A stretch of DNA of 64,000 bases from Octopus sinensis (GCF_006345805.1 NC_043015.1:45322001-45386000); one strand, 5' to 3'. Numbered from the stretch's first letter, positions 1 through 13,881 are shown. Translations and numbers: made by a program. Notes: generated from the sequence alone by a model not told the origin.

Positions 1-107
1 CAGATGTTAGAGCGATATCTCTGTGACATTCAATGGAACAACAATAGAATTTGGAAAGGAATTTGAAGATTACAAGAAACTTCCTCTTCCTTAACATTCC
101 CTCTGTC

Positions 108-140
<33 letters not shown>

Positions 141-1459
141 AGCAACGAATCAAATAAATATATAAACAAATAAAAATTATCTTCCTTTTTTTTTTTTTTG
201 CTTCAGTTCTTATCAATAAAAATTCCAAGTTGATGGAAATAATCCTATTTTAATAATTCAATTTTAAGGTTGTTGTTGTTGTTGTTTGATTTTTTTTTTG
301 TCATCGTTTGTTTTTTTTTTGTTTTTTTTTTTGTTTTTGCTTTAAAAAAATTTTCTTTCATTTTTATTTTTAATGAGATTGCTTTAATGAAAGAAAACAA
401 ACAAAATTTAAGGGAAAAACAAGAAAACAAAATGAAAACAGTAAAAAGGTAAAAGAAAAAAAAGGTAAAGAAGAAGAAAGAAAAGAAGGTAAACAGAGAA
501 AGAAAAAGAAGAAAGTAAATGAAAAGTGAAGGCTGGGTTGTGAGATGGGTTGTGAGTTGGCTGAAATCTTTGATAATTGGAGAGGAAAAATATTTTATAA
601 GACTTAGTAAACAGTATGAGTAATCTTTAACTGTTGTTAGACAGAAAGCAGAATTGGTAGACCGGCAGGAAAAACATGACTTGCACTGTTTAGTTTACAT
701 TTCTGCATGTTCTGAGTTCAAATCCCAGCAATGGTTGGCTGGTAATTTTTTCTTTGAAACCTTCCAGAGTTGATAAAATATTGGAGTTCCTGGGCCAACC
801 AATGCCTTGTGAGTGAATTTGGGAGATGAAAATTGTGTGGAAGCCCATATGTATGTGTGTGTGTGTCCGTGTGTTGGTTTCCATCCCTGTAACAGTAATT
901 TGGTGAAAGGGTCCCATAGAAATAAGTACCAGACTTCAAAAAAAAATAAGTACTAGGGCAGATTTGTTCAACTAAAACAAAAACCACTATCACCACCACC
1001 ACCACAACTGCCACCACCACCACCATCATCATCTTTCAAGATGGTGCCCCAGCATGGAATACAATCCAATGATTGGTGCAAATAAAAAAAAAAAGGTAAA
1101 GTTACCTTTTTGAGTCATGCTGATCATAAGGGCCATATATATATATATGATGAGCTTCTTTCAGTTTCCATCTACCAAATCCACTCACAAGGCTTTGGTC
1201 AACCTGAAGCTATAGTAGACACACTTGCCCAAGGTGCCATGCAGTGGGACCGAACCCGAAACCATGTTGTTGGCAAGCAAGCTACTTACCATATAGCCAT
1301 CCCTGCACCTATATATATATACATATATATATATATATGAGCAGGTATGGTTGTGGTCTCAGGTGAAGACCCACTGCGCAGTACCTTGAGTGTCTTCTAT
1401 AGCTCCAGGTTGAATGAAAGCCTTGTGAGTGAATTTGGCAGAGGGAAACTGAAAGAAGC

Positions 1460-1490
<31 letters not shown>

Positions 1491-2008
1491 GCAGGGAACT
1501 TGTGGAAGAGGTAGACCCAGAAAGACATGGGACAAGATGGTGAACCATGATCTTCAAATGTTGGGCCTCACAGAGGTGATGACAAGTGACTGAAACCTTT
1601 AGCAATATACTGTGTTTGAGTAGACTCGTCAAGCCAAGTGAAACCAAAGTCATGGCCATCTCCAGTGTCATGCAAATGGCACCTGTGCCATGGCACATAA
1701 AAAGCATCCATTACACTCTTGGAGTGGTTGGCATTAGGAAGGGCATCCAGCTAAATCAGATTGGAACCTGGTGCAGCTCTCCAGCTTACCAGTTTTCAGT
1801 CAAACCATCCAACCCATGCCAGCATGGAAAGCAGATGCTAAATGATGATGACAACGGGTTTTCTTTCAGTTTCCGTCTACCAAATTCACTCACAAGGCTT
1901 TGGTCAGCCCAAAGCTATAGTAGAAGGTATTTGCCCAAAGTGCCATCGTGTAGTAGGACTGAACCTGGAACCATGTGGTTAGGAAGCAAGCTTCCTACCA
2001 CACGATAC

Positions 2009-2043
<35 letters not shown>

Positions 2044-2045
2044 TA

Positions 2046-2725
2046 CATATCATCATCATCATCATCATCATTTAGCATCCGTTTTCCATGCTAGCATGGG
2101 TTGGACGGTTCTACTGGGGTCTGTGAAGCCAGAAGGCTTCATCAGGCCCAGTCAAATCTGGCAGTGTTTCTACGGCTGGATGCCCTTCCTAACGCCAACC
2201 ACTCCGTGAGTGTAGTGGGTGCTTTTTACGTGCCACCCGCACACATATATATATATATATATACATATATATATGAGGAGCACTCTGTAGGTTACGACGA
2301 TGAGGGTCCCAGCTGATACGATCAACGGAACAGCCTGCTTATGAAATTAACATGCAAGTGGCTGAGCACTCCACAGACACGTGTACCTTTAACATAGTTC
2401 TCAAGGAGATTCAGTTGTGACAAGGCTGGCTCTTTGAAATACAGGTACAACTCATTTTTACCAGCTGAGTGGACTGGTATAACGTGAAATAAAGTGTCTT
2501 GCTCAAGGACACAACACGTCGCCAGGAATCGAACTCACGACCTTACAATCGTGAGCCAAATGCCCTAACCATTAAGCCACGTGCCTTCACAATATATCTA
2601 CATATATACACACACATATATATATTCATGGTGGTGTGTAACTGCAACCACATAGCTGAAAATATATAAAGATATATATATTATATATTTGACTGTTTAT
2701 CTATATATCTATCTACCTACACACA

Positions 2726-2756
<31 letters not shown>

Positions 2757-3075
2757 CACACACACACACACTTGCGTTACTTGTAAACATGCAAACTGCA
2801 CCCCCATTATCCATGTTTACGCTATGTTAGAGATATTGTGATATTGTTGTAGGTACACATAACGCAAACTCAATATACATCCAACATACACACCTACAAA
2901 TGCACGTACATAAATACATACATTTATACATTACATACATACATTCAGACACACACGCACAAGCACATATAATTACACAGACACATACATATATACATAC
3001 ATACATACATACACAAATACATACATAATTATTCACCCACACATACACACACACACACACCACACACACACACAT

Positions 3076-3117
<42 letters not shown>

Positions 3118-3801
3118 TACATATCATCATCATCATCATCATCATCATTTAGCGTCCGTTTCCATGCTAGCATGGGTTGGACGGTTCTACTGGGGTCTGT
3201 GAAGCCAGAAGGCTTCATCAGGCCCAGTCAAATCTGGCAGTGTTTCTACGGCTGGATGCCCTTCCTAACGCCAACCACTCCGTGAGTGTAGTGGGTGCTT
3301 TTTACGTGCCACCCGCACACATATATATATATATATATATACATATATATATGAGGAGCACTCTGTAGGTTACGACGATGAGGGTCCCAGCTGATACGAT
3401 CAACGGAACAGCCTGCTTATGAAATTAACATGCAAGTGGCTGAGCACTCCACAGACACGTGTACCTTTAACATAGTTCTCAAGGAGATTCAGTGTGACAA
3501 GGCTGGCTCTTGAAATACAGGTACAACTCATTTTTACCAGCTGAGTGGACTGGTATAACGTGAAATAAGTGTCTTGCTCAAGGACACAACACGTCGCCAG
3601 GAATCGAACTCACGACCTTACAATCGTGAGCCAAATGCCCTAACCATTAAGCCACGTGCCTTCACAATATATCTACATATATACACACACATATATATAT
3701 TCATGGTGGTGTGTAACTGCAACCACATAGCTGAAAATATATAAAGATATATATATGTATATATTTGACTGTTTATCTATATATCTATCTACCTACACAC
3801 A

Positions 3802-3844
<43 letters not shown>

Positions 3845-4110
3845 GTTACTTGTAAACATGCAAACTGCACCCCCATTATCCATGTTTACGCTATGTTAGA
3901 GATATTGTGATATTGTTGTAGGTACACATAACGCAAACTCAATATACATCCAACATACACACCTACAAATGCACGTACATAAATACATACATTTATACAT
4001 TACATACATACATTCAGACACACACGCACAAGCACATATAATTACACAGACACATACATATATACATACATACATACATACATACACAAATACATACATA
4101 ATTATTCACC

Positions 4111-4170
<60 letters not shown>
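2046..4170. repeat. Near-identical tandem duplication, ~1.08-kb unit
   Basis: 2046-3122 versus 3123-~4170; differences are mostly 1-bp homopolymer indels. Confidence 0.9.
2275..2590 (-). mobile_element. tRNA-derived SINE family E
   Basis: Minus-strand head GTGAAGGCACGTGGCTTAATGGTTAGG...GAGTTCGATTCC; duplicate at 3354-3665, diverged copy at 19416-19738 (+). Confidence 0.8.
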
Positions 4171-4172
<2 letters not shown>

Positions 4173-5321
4173 GACAACACATACATACATAAGTATACAT
4201 ACATAAAAGCACACACATACACAATTACTCACCTATACATACACACACATACATACATACATACAAACATACATTTATAAATACACACCCATACATGCAT
4301 ACAGATGTAGAGACATATAAAAACACATGCATAATTACACTCATACACACACATAAAGACACATACATAGTTACACACCTAAACATACATATTTACATAT
4401 ATATACATAAATCCATACATAATAAATACACACACACACATAGATAGACAGATAGATACGCACACTCTATATTCTGTCTCTGACTTTCACTTTCACTTCC
4501 CCACCATCTTCCAATTCCATCCCACATCTGAAAACATTCCTTTCTTAGCATCTTCTGTTCCCTTTTTTTGTAAAATTCTTTTTGCAGTTCCTCCTTGCTT
4601 TACTAACCATACCCCACACAACACAACCAACCCCCCCACACAACCTTCTTCATCATCTTCTTCTTTTGCTTTTTCCTTTGATGACTGAATACAACTTCAA
4701 AGTATGGAACGACAACAATAGCAACAATGCGAAGCAGTAGTAAACAACAACAACAACAGCTCTGAGGATTGCAGGTAAACAAAACAACAACATCAACAAC
4801 AAGCAGCAGTAAACATAAAAAACAAACAGCACAGACAATACCAACATGGAGTAAACATCAACAAAAAACAACAACAACAACAACAACACCCAGCTTGTAA
4901 ACATCAACATTGACAACAACAACAAGAAAGTAAACAGCAACAAAAACATTTCTCGAGAGCAACAGCTACAACGCTAAACAGTTGTAAATAACAGATGATA
5001 ACAACAACAACAGTACCAACAATAATGAAAGAGATGAGCCTACATGGTCATTGAACCTGCTAGAAATAGCAGTCAGATATCAATAAATCACACCTTATCC
5101 ATCCTCTTTGCTTCTTTTTCATTTGTTTTCCTTAACTCCTTTGTGCTCGGATTACTCTGCCAGATGTAATCTTTATTCATTCACATTGTTTTGAAGTAAT
5201 CAAGCATCATCTTGTAGTTTTGAGAAGGCACCTGTGCCAATGACGGCTGAGTCGCACCCATGCCGGTGACATATAAAAGGCATCCATGGCGGTGATACAT
5301 AAAGGACACCCTGTATATTCT

Positions 5322-5735
5322 TATTTCTTTATTGCCCACAAGGGGCTAAACATAGAGGGGGACAAACAAGGACAGGCAAAGGGATTAAGTCGATTACATC
5401 AACCCCCAGTGCGTAACTGGTACTTAATTTATCGATCCTGAAAGGATGAAAGGCAAAGTCGACCTCGGCAGAATTTGAACTCAGAACGTAAAGGCAGATG
5501 AAATACCTATTTCTTTATTACACACAAGGGGCTAAACACAGAGAGGAGAAACAAGAACAAACGGATTAAGTCGATTATATCGACCCCAGTGCGTAACTGG
5601 TACTTAATTTATCGATCCCAAAAGGATGAAAGGCAAAGTCGACCTCGGTGGAATTTGAATTTAGAACGTAGCGGCAGATGAAATGCAGCTAAGCATTTCG
5701 CCCAACATGCTAACATTTCTGCTAGCTCACAGAAT
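5322..5735 (-). mobile_element. tRNA-derived SINE family B, head-to-tail dimer
   Basis: Two units (5322-5510, 5511-5735); B box GAGTTCAAATTCC on the minus strand. Confidence 0.85.
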
Positions 5736-6657
5736 ATACATCCCACAGAATATACACCCAGTATATTCTGCAGAGTGGTTGGCATTAGGAAAGGCATCCA
5801 GCCACAGAAACCAAACTAAAACAGACAAAAAGTGATGCTAAATCATGATGATGATGTCCCTACTTTCTCCATGCTGATATGACTAGGGCAAGAGTGCAGT
5901 ATAACAGATTTCATCACCTCAAGATCCTATATCAGCTTATCTGAAAGACCTGATAATTCAAGACCTGAGTTTACCACTCCTCTCCATGTCTTCAAAAAGT
6001 CTTCCTCTAGGTTCAGGTACTTTCTCTCTATCATTGCATACATGGTTCATCTCCACCTATCGCTTGGCATTACCAATGCAGCTGTCACTTTTACCCACAC
6101 CAGCTGATTACCTTTAACACCCAGGAACTGTTTGTTGGTCTCTCCGTGTGTCTGTCTGTCTCTCTCATCACTTATACTTTACTTTCATGCTAACAAAACC
6201 TTGCACATCTAACATATCACATTTGGTCCCAGGCGAGATGACACACAAAGTCAATCTGCGGAGACTTCAAATATAAAGTGTATAGGTAGAAGCAAGTAAT
6301 TAAATCTTATAATGATTTTAATATGGCACTGTACCAAATCTGCCACTCTACTATTTTGATAACAATAACAATAATAATAACAATAATAATAATAACAATA
6401 ATAATAATAATGATAATAATAATAATGATAATAATAATAATCCTTTCAATTAGAAGCACAAGGCCTTGAATTTGAGGAGAAGGGGGTAGTAAATCACACC
6501 AACCCCAGTACTTGACTGGTACTTAATTTATTGACCCCAAAAGGATGAAAGACAAAGTCGACCTCAGTGGAATTTGAACTCAGCAGATATGTAGCAGCAG
6601 ATAAAATACTGCCAAGTATTTTGTCCAGTGTGCTAACGATTCTCCCAGCTTGCCACC

Positions 6658-6699
<42 letters not shown>

Positions 6700-6700
<1 letters not shown>

Positions 6701-8340
6701 CAACAACAACAAATGCCCTGATGCAATACCAGGCACTGGCTCTCATGATTTCTGATCTTAATTGATTGGAAGTGTTATCATGTACAGGTTTTGTCTCATT
6801 GTAAAAGATGGGCTACAGCAAATATTCTGCTCAATACCACAGATTTGCTTGTCAGTTGTTTGACCATAACCATTTGAGCATGTCCCTCAGTGGCCGACAA
6901 TATGTGCATCTCTGATGATGAGCAGAAGTAATGGGGGAGCATCATAGCCATGTGTTGAGAGAGTTTCTTTGGGGTTTGAATAATTCACCCCTGGAAACAT
7001 GAGTGTTTCATTCAACATCCTTCAACAACCTTTATTCAGGGACCTTATGAGCAGGATGGGTTACTCAATGTGAAGAGAATTCTAACTGGCCCCCACCTGC
7101 AAGGTCATGCACTGTTTATCTTCATATGAGATCACCATGTCGCGCACATATGGTTGTGATGCATGTGCCTAGTGTACCCTTATCAGACAGGTAGTCATGA
7201 TGGGTATACTGGGCTTTGTATATTTTACCCCAGTGTCACTTTGATGGCATGCACTACTCTCTCACTCAATAATAACAATAATAATGATTTCAAAATTTGG
7301 CACCAGGCCATCGAATTCAGGAGGTGAGGTGAGTAGATTACATTGACCCCAGTGCTCAACTGGTACTTATTTTATTGATCCCAAAAGGATGAAAGACAAC
7401 GCTGACTTCGGTGGAATTTGAACTCAGAACATAAAAATGGAAGAAATGGCGCTAAGAATTTTGTCCAGTATGCTAATGATTCTGCCAGCTCACTACCTTT
7501 AATAATAATAATAATATAATAATAATAATAATAACAACAACAACAACAAATGCCCTGATGCAATACCAGGCACTGGCTCTCATGATTTCTGATCTTAATT
7601 GATTGGAAGTGTTATCATGTACAGGTTTTGTCTCATTGTAAAAGATGGGCTACAGCAAATATTCTGCTCAATACCACAGATTTGCTTGTCAGTTGTTTGA
7701 CCATAACCATTTGAGCATGTCCCTCAGTGGCCGACAATATGTGCATCTCTGATGATGAGCAGAAGTAATGGGGGAGCATCATAGCCATGTGTTGAGAGAG
7801 TTTCTTTGGGGTTTGAATAATTCACCCCTGGAAACATGAGTGTTTCATTCAACATCCTTCAACAACCTTTATTCAGGGACCTTATGAGCAGGATGGGTTA
7901 CTCAATGTGAAGAGAATTCTAACTGGGCCCCCACCTGCAAGGTCATGCACTGTTTATCTTCATATGAGATCACCATGTCGCGCACATATGGTTGTGATGC
8001 ATGTGCCTAGTGTACCCTTATCAGACAGGTAGTCATGATGGGTATACTGGGCTTTGTATATTTTACCCCAGTGTCACTTTGATGGCATGCACTACTCTCT
8101 CACTCAATAATAACAATAATAATGATTTCAAAATTTGGCACCAGGCCATCGAATTCAGGAGGTGAGGTGAGTAGATTACATTGACCCCAGTGCTCAACTG
8201 GTACTTATTTTATTGATCCCAAAAGGATGAAAGACAACGCTGACTTCGGTGGAATTTGAACTCAGAACATAAAAATGGAAGAAATGGCGCTAAGAATTTT
8301 GTCCAGTATGCTAATGATTCTGCCAGCTCACTACCTTTAA
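6700..8340. repeat. Near-identical tandem duplication, ~838-bp unit
   Basis: Offset 837-838 bp; one G indel (ctggccccc / ctgggccccc) seen outside microsatellites. Confidence 0.92.
6712..7270 (-). mobile_element. Dispersed repeat family F (~560 bp, class unresolved)
   Basis: Duplicate at 7549-8108 and an internally deleted opposite-strand copy at 35975-36299; all sit in (AAT)n tracts. Confidence 0.75.
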
Positions 8341-8363
8341 TAATAATAATAATAATAATAATA

Positions 8364-8566
8364 TATTTCTTTACTAGCCACAAGGGGCTAAACACAGAAG
8401 GGACAAACAAGGACAGACAAACGGATTAAGTTGATTACATTGACCTCAGTGTGTAACTGGTACTTAATTTATCGACCCTGAAAGTCGACCTCGGCGGAAT
8501 TTGAACCCAGAACATAACAGCAGACGAAATACGGCTACGCATTTCGCCCGGCGTGCTAACGATTCT
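8364..8566 (-). mobile_element. SINE family B
   Basis: Reverse-complement homology to 12833-13062. Confidence 0.85.
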
Positions 8567-9556
8567 AATAATAATAATAGTAATAATAATAATTGGTTTT
8601 GAACAGAGGCAAAAGGCTTCACATTTTGAGGAAGGGGTACAGGTGATTAAATTAACACCAGTACTTGACTGGTATTTTATTTTCTTAATCCCCACGAGGA
8701 TAAAAGGCAAAGGTGACTTTAGCAAGATTTTGAATTCAGAACATTCAATCAGAGAAATCTTCCGTTCAAATCTTTTCAAACATATTATTATTCTTGTTAT
8801 TGCTGTTCATGACGATGATGATGATGATAATGTTGGTGGTGTTGTTTTGTTTCCTTTGCCTAAGAGCGAGACAAAAATTTTAAAATTAAGTTTCTAGAAA
8901 TCTGACAGCTTTTTTGCTCCTTCCGGACATTCTTTGTTTGTTATCATGTATATTTTTTTCTTGTTACTTGATTCATGTAAATTTATTTCAATTTCCAAAA
9001 GTTGATTCAAAATTCATGAATCTCTGAATGTTAAAGAAAAAAAAACAAAATAAAACCAAAAAACAAAAACAAAATAAAAAATTCAAAAAGTTAAATCGCA
9101 GAACTATGTTTCATGCTAAACAAATTTCTATTTAAAATAAATTTATCTTTGCAAAATATCAAGTGTAGATATATATATATATTATGTATGAATAAAAACA
9201 CTTTTTTTCCTTTTTTTTTTTACTGTTTGTTTCCCAAGCAATCTAAAGTCTTGGGAATACGACATTTTAAATTTGAATCTTCGAATCTTTAACTAATACA
9301 AAAAATAAAAAAAGATACCATTAAAACATCATGAAATGTAATGACACGTTATATTTTTGGAATAAACAGTCGCTTAGACTGAAATCACAAATCTTAACAA
9401 ATAAAGCACAGATGTGCTAAGTTGTAAAATATAATTAATCTTGTACTAGTATACTTGTGTCGTCAAAAATGACGACATTTTTATTAATTATAGATAATGG
9501 TACACCTGTTCAAAACAAGGGGTGAATCCATTATTCTTTTATTCTTTTACTTGCTT

Positions 9557-9940
9557 AGGCGCAGGAGTGGCTGTGTGGTAAGTAGCTTGCTTACCGACCA
9601 CATGGTTCAGGGTTCAGTCCCACTATGTGGCACCTTGGGCCGACCGAACCCTTGTGAGTGGATTTGGTAGACGGAAACTGAAAGAAGCCCGTCGTATATA
9701 TGTATATATATGTATGTGTGTGTATGTGTTTGTGTGTCTGTGTTTGTCCTCCCAACATCGCTTGACAACTGATGCTGGTGTGTTTACGTCCCCGTAACTT
9801 AGCGGTTCGGCAAAAGAAACCGATAGAATAAGTACTGGGCTTACAAAGAATAAGTCCTGGGGTGGATTTGCTCGACTAAAGGTGGTGCTCCAACATGGCC
9901 ACAGTCAAATGACTGAAACAAGTAAAAGAGTAAAAGAGAG
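9557..9940 (+). mobile_element. tRNA-derived SINE family A, full length
   Basis: Head GGCGCAGGAGTGGCTGTGTGG (A box) and GGGTTCAGTCCC (B box), internal (TA/TG)n, tail GAAACAAGTAAAAGAGT; many homologous copies in the window. Confidence 0.9.
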
Positions 9941-10311
9941 TCATTTGACTGCAGCCATGCAGGAGTACTGCCTACGATGGTTTTAGTTGAAGAAATCGCC
10001 CTCAGAACTTATTCTTTGTAAGCCTGAATAAGTCTTATTCTATCGGTCTCTTTAGCCAAACCTCTAAGTTATCGGGACATAAACACACCAGCATCGGTTG
10101 TCAAGTGATGGCAGTGGGGGAAGGGGGGGACAAACACAGAGACACACATACAGATATATGACAGGTTTCTTTCAGTTTCCATCTACCAAATCCACTCGCA
10201 AAGCTTTGGTTGGCCTGAGGCTATAGTAGAGGACGCCCAAGGTGCTACACAGCACTGAACCCAGAACCATGTGGTTTGGAGGCAAGCTTCTTACTACACA
10301 GCCATGCCTGC
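9941..10311 (-). mobile_element. Older SINE family A copy, interrupted at its tail by the 9557-9940 copy
   Basis: Reverse-complement homology; its missing tail end lies at 9535-9556. Confidence 0.8.
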
Positions 10312-10481
10312 ACTTATTGATAAGTTTCATACTCAAAGATGTTGCATTTTGGTATTTAACAGCAAAATATTATTCCTTGATCTCAGCCAAAAAACTGAAA
10401 CAAATAATTTGAAAATGTTATAGAGTAAGTTAGCCTCTAGAAATCACGGGCCATGGTGATATTATTAATATAACTTGTGTT

Positions 10482-10683
10482 CTCTTTTACTCTTTTAATT
10501 GTTTCAGTCATTTGACTGTAGCCATGCTGGAGCACCACCTTTAGTTGAGCAAATTGATCCTCAGGACTTATTCTTTGTAAGCCTAGTACTTATTCTATCG
10601 GTCTCTTTTGCTGAACCGCTAAGTTATGGGGACATAAACACACTAGCATTGGTTGTCAAGCGATGTTGGGGGGACAAACACAG

Positions 10684-10734
<51 letters not shown>

Positions 10735-10904
10735 TATATACGATGGACTTCTTTCAGTTTCCGTTGACCAAATCCACTCACAGGGCTTTGGTCGGCCCGA
10801 GGCTATAGTAGAAGACACTTGCCCAAGGTGCCACACAGTGGGACTGAACCCGGAACCATCTGGTTGGTAAGCAAGCTACTTACCACACAGCCACTCCTAC
10901 GCCT
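10482..10904 (-). mobile_element. SINE family A, full length
   Basis: Reverse complement of the consensus from tail (ctcttttac) to head (ccactcctacgcc). Confidence 0.9.
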
Positions 10905-11166
10905 GTCCAATGTAATACTTATTCTTTATATAACTTTTTAATAATTTTTTTTATTAAATTTCCTCTTAAATTCAAATGTCTTAGATTTACTTCTGTACTA
11001 TTTCCACCTACATCTTTTATATTTATATATATTTAGTCAATTTAAATAAACAAATAATAAAATTAAAAGACAACAAGAGGACACACACAAGGAATGTGTT
11101 AGCTAGAAACTCAGTATATATATATATTTATATATATGTGTATATATATATATGTGTGTATATATA

Positions 11167-11217
<51 letters not shown>

Positions 11218-11218
11218 A

Positions 11219-11258
<40 letters not shown>

Positions 11259-11337
11259 GAAGAAGGGTAGAAATTGATATAAATAAATTAAAACCAGTGG
11301 CCTAGCATATTAAAAAAATCCGAAGATTAAAATATTT

Positions 11338-11466
11338 TTTACATACAAAATTTAAAAGTGGACAGTCTATATGCTAGATATAGACGTCAAAATCGCTTTT
11401 GATGTCTATATCTAGCATATTGACTGTGCAATTTTAGTGGTCAGTCCTTTAAATTTTGTATGTAAA
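11338..11466. repeat. 129-bp palindromic (hairpin) element
   Basis: Outer 19-bp perfect inverted repeat (11338-11356 / 11448-11466); inner 33-bp stem with 3 mismatches around loop TCGC (11393-11396). Confidence 0.85.
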
Positions 11467-12129
11467 TATATATATATATTTAAGACACTCATTCACAATG
11501 CCACACAGTGGGAGTGAACTTAGGACCTTGTGGTTGCAAAGTGGACAACTTAACTATCCAGTACTGTTGTGCTTACATATACATACATAACACATACAGA
11601 TACGGAAATGCTTCGAGATATGAACAAATGAAATAGAAAAAAAAAACATTCCCCAGAAACACACACACACACACAGCTAAATGCATGCTTACACAGAGAT
11701 GTACATATTTCTCATTAATCACTCCATGTGTAAGTAAAAGGTGGCTGAGATTCAGGAAAACTCTATCCTCTCACAAAACCTTTCAGTTATTATTTTGTCC
11801 TCTATTATCATTATTTAGCCTAATTGTGATAGATGGGCATTAGATGAAATGACACGACATGTAGGTACACACACACACACACAAAGACACACACATGTCT
11901 CAGTTCAAAGACATTTCTTCAGCAAACAAAGATCAAAGGTGACAAAGGCAACACCACTTCACCACCTCGTTAGCAAAAGTCACATTTATTTTCAATTTGT
12001 TTTTTGTTTTTGTTTTTTTTTCCTCCTAGGTTACAGGGGTCAGGATAGGGATTTAAGGTCTTGTGAGGTGAAGCGGATGAGAGATAAAAATCTTCCTCAC
12101 AGATAGGAAGTCAGAATAAAAATGCTATA

Positions 12130-12510
12130 GGCGCAGGAGTGGCTGTGTGGTAAGTAGCTTGCTTACCAACCACATGGTTCCAAGTTCAGTCCCATTGCGT
12201 GGCACCTTGGGCAAGTGTCTTCTACTATAGCCTCGGGCTGACCAAAGCCTTCTGAGTGGATTTGGTAGACGGGAACTGAAAGAAGCCCGTCGTATATATA
12301 TATGCGTGCGTGTGTGTTTGTCCCCCTAGCATTGTTTGACAACCGATGCTGGTGTGTTTATGTCCCCGTCACTTAGCGGTTCGGCAAAAGAGACCGATAG
12401 AATAAGTACTGGGCTTACAAAAGAATAAGTCCCGGGGTCGAGTTGCTCGATTAAAGGCGGTGCTCCAGCATGGCTGCAGTCAAAATGACTGAAACAAGGA
12501 AAAAGAAAAA
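12130..12510 (+). mobile_element. SINE family A, full length
   Basis: Head to tail homology to 9557-9940. Confidence 0.9.
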
Positions 12511-12832
12511 AAGAAAAGGAAGAAGATGATTCCTGAAGTGTGTTGAATGAAGTGATCTGTCCATAAAAACAAATCCAAGCAGATTTGAATTCAAAACTCA
12601 TTTGCATAAAGCCCAAGAGCTTATACAGTCGTTAATTATTGCCTCAACAACTTCATCAGCTTCAACCAATGAGAGGGCCTATATATGGTTGCTCAACACT
12701 GCTAGAAACAGCAGCGAAGTTTCCATCAAATCACACTTCATGTTACATAAATGAAAAGGAATACTGCATAAATATATAGTTCCTGAAAGTCTTTCCCTTG
12801 TATCTAGAGGAAAGATGGTATAGTCAAGGATT

Positions 12833-13062
12833 GAGCTGGCAGAAACGTTAGCACGTTGGGCGAAATGCTTAGCGGTATTTCGTCAGCCGCTACATTCTGA
12901 GTTCAAATTCCACCGCGGTTGACTTTGCCTTCCATCCTTTCGGGGTCGATTAAATAAGTACCAGTTATGCACTGGGGTCGATATAATCGACTTGGTTCGT
13001 GTGTCTGTCCTTATTTGTCCCCTCTGTGTTTAGCCCCATGTGGGTAGTGAAGAAATAGGTAT
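12833..13062 (+). mobile_element. SINE family B with an 18-bp TSD
   Basis: TSD ggtatagtcaaggattga (12817-12834) and ggtataatcaaggattga (13058-13075). Confidence 0.9.
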
Positions 13063-13334
13063 AATCAAGGATTGAATGTTTTTGATCATAGGCCTGATTA
13101 ATCAAAGTGGCCTGAAGATAAACAACAATCAAGAAATTCGCTCAGCAACTATAGTGGTTTTTGGTTCAATCCTACTGAACAGCACCTTGGTCAAGTATTT
13201 TCTTTCACAGTCTTGAGTAGTCCAAAACCTTGTGAATGAAATTTAGAGGACAGGAACTTTGTAAGTCTGTTGGTTAAACCATTTCTGTGTTTGGTTGGTG
13301 GACTTAATCTATCATATGGTTTTAACACCATGAA

Positions 13335-13425
13335 TGGGCCAATAAGGATGCAGAGGGGCTGGCATGAGACCGCCAGTAATGGGGAGCACTGGTAGACCCG
13401 GTCAGCTCTATACATGATGGCATCT
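13335..13425 (+). mobile_element. Decayed RTE-like 3' fragment
   Basis: Translation WANKDAEGLA*DRQ*WGALVD resembles the RTE C-terminal A-x-DR-xx-W-R-x-LV motif. Confidence 0.4.
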
Positions 13426-13654
13426 CTGGGACCACTAATCTGGGATGACCCCAGCCTCATCAAGCAAGGCATGAAGCAAAGTGAACAAATGAGCCAATTA
13501 GATGGAACCCTATTTAATTCAAAGGTAATTAACGAATCTGACTCATCTAAGTGTATATAGTGACTCATTGTCAGGATATATTTTTACTGTTTTTAATAAA
13601 TTGACCAACAATACCAAATACTGGATTTGTTGACCCATAGGCATGGCTGTGTGA

Positions 13655-13881
13655 TTAACCCTTTAGTGTTCAGATTATTCAATCAAACATAATGCTTATT
13701 GATTCCCATTGATTTGAATTAATCATGCATTATCTCATATCTTCAAGATCTTGATGGTGTAATTACCTAATGTAGAATAACATTGTAGGGTAGGTGTGAG
13801 AGCCTGGATCTGGTCAGTTTGAACATAAAACAGATTAACTATTTTGGCCGGATATGGCCGGTTTAAATACTAAAAGGTTAA
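13655..13881. mobile_element. piggyBac-type MITE family 1 (TTAA-CCCTTTAG...CTAAAAGG-TTAA)
   Basis: Short TIRs with TTAA ends; related copies at 31299-31741 (interrupted), ~42420-42625 and ~62420-62620. Confidence 0.75.

Noticed and set aside
4681-4740. MTEYNFKV start resembling Ras MTEYKLV
   Set aside because: Stops after 19 codons in an (AAC)n region; no P-loop.
5860-6350. Possible ancient LINE (L2/CR1) remnant; similar pyrimidine-rich blocks at 23310-23700 and 53290-53530
   Set aside because: No diagnostic RT or endonuclease motif could be read by eye; needs an HMM search.
12030-12106. Plus-strand acceptor followed by GYRGQDRDLRSCEVKRMRDKNLPHR*
   Set aside because: The pyrimidine tract is a simple (TTTTG)n repeat; no upstream exon or homology.
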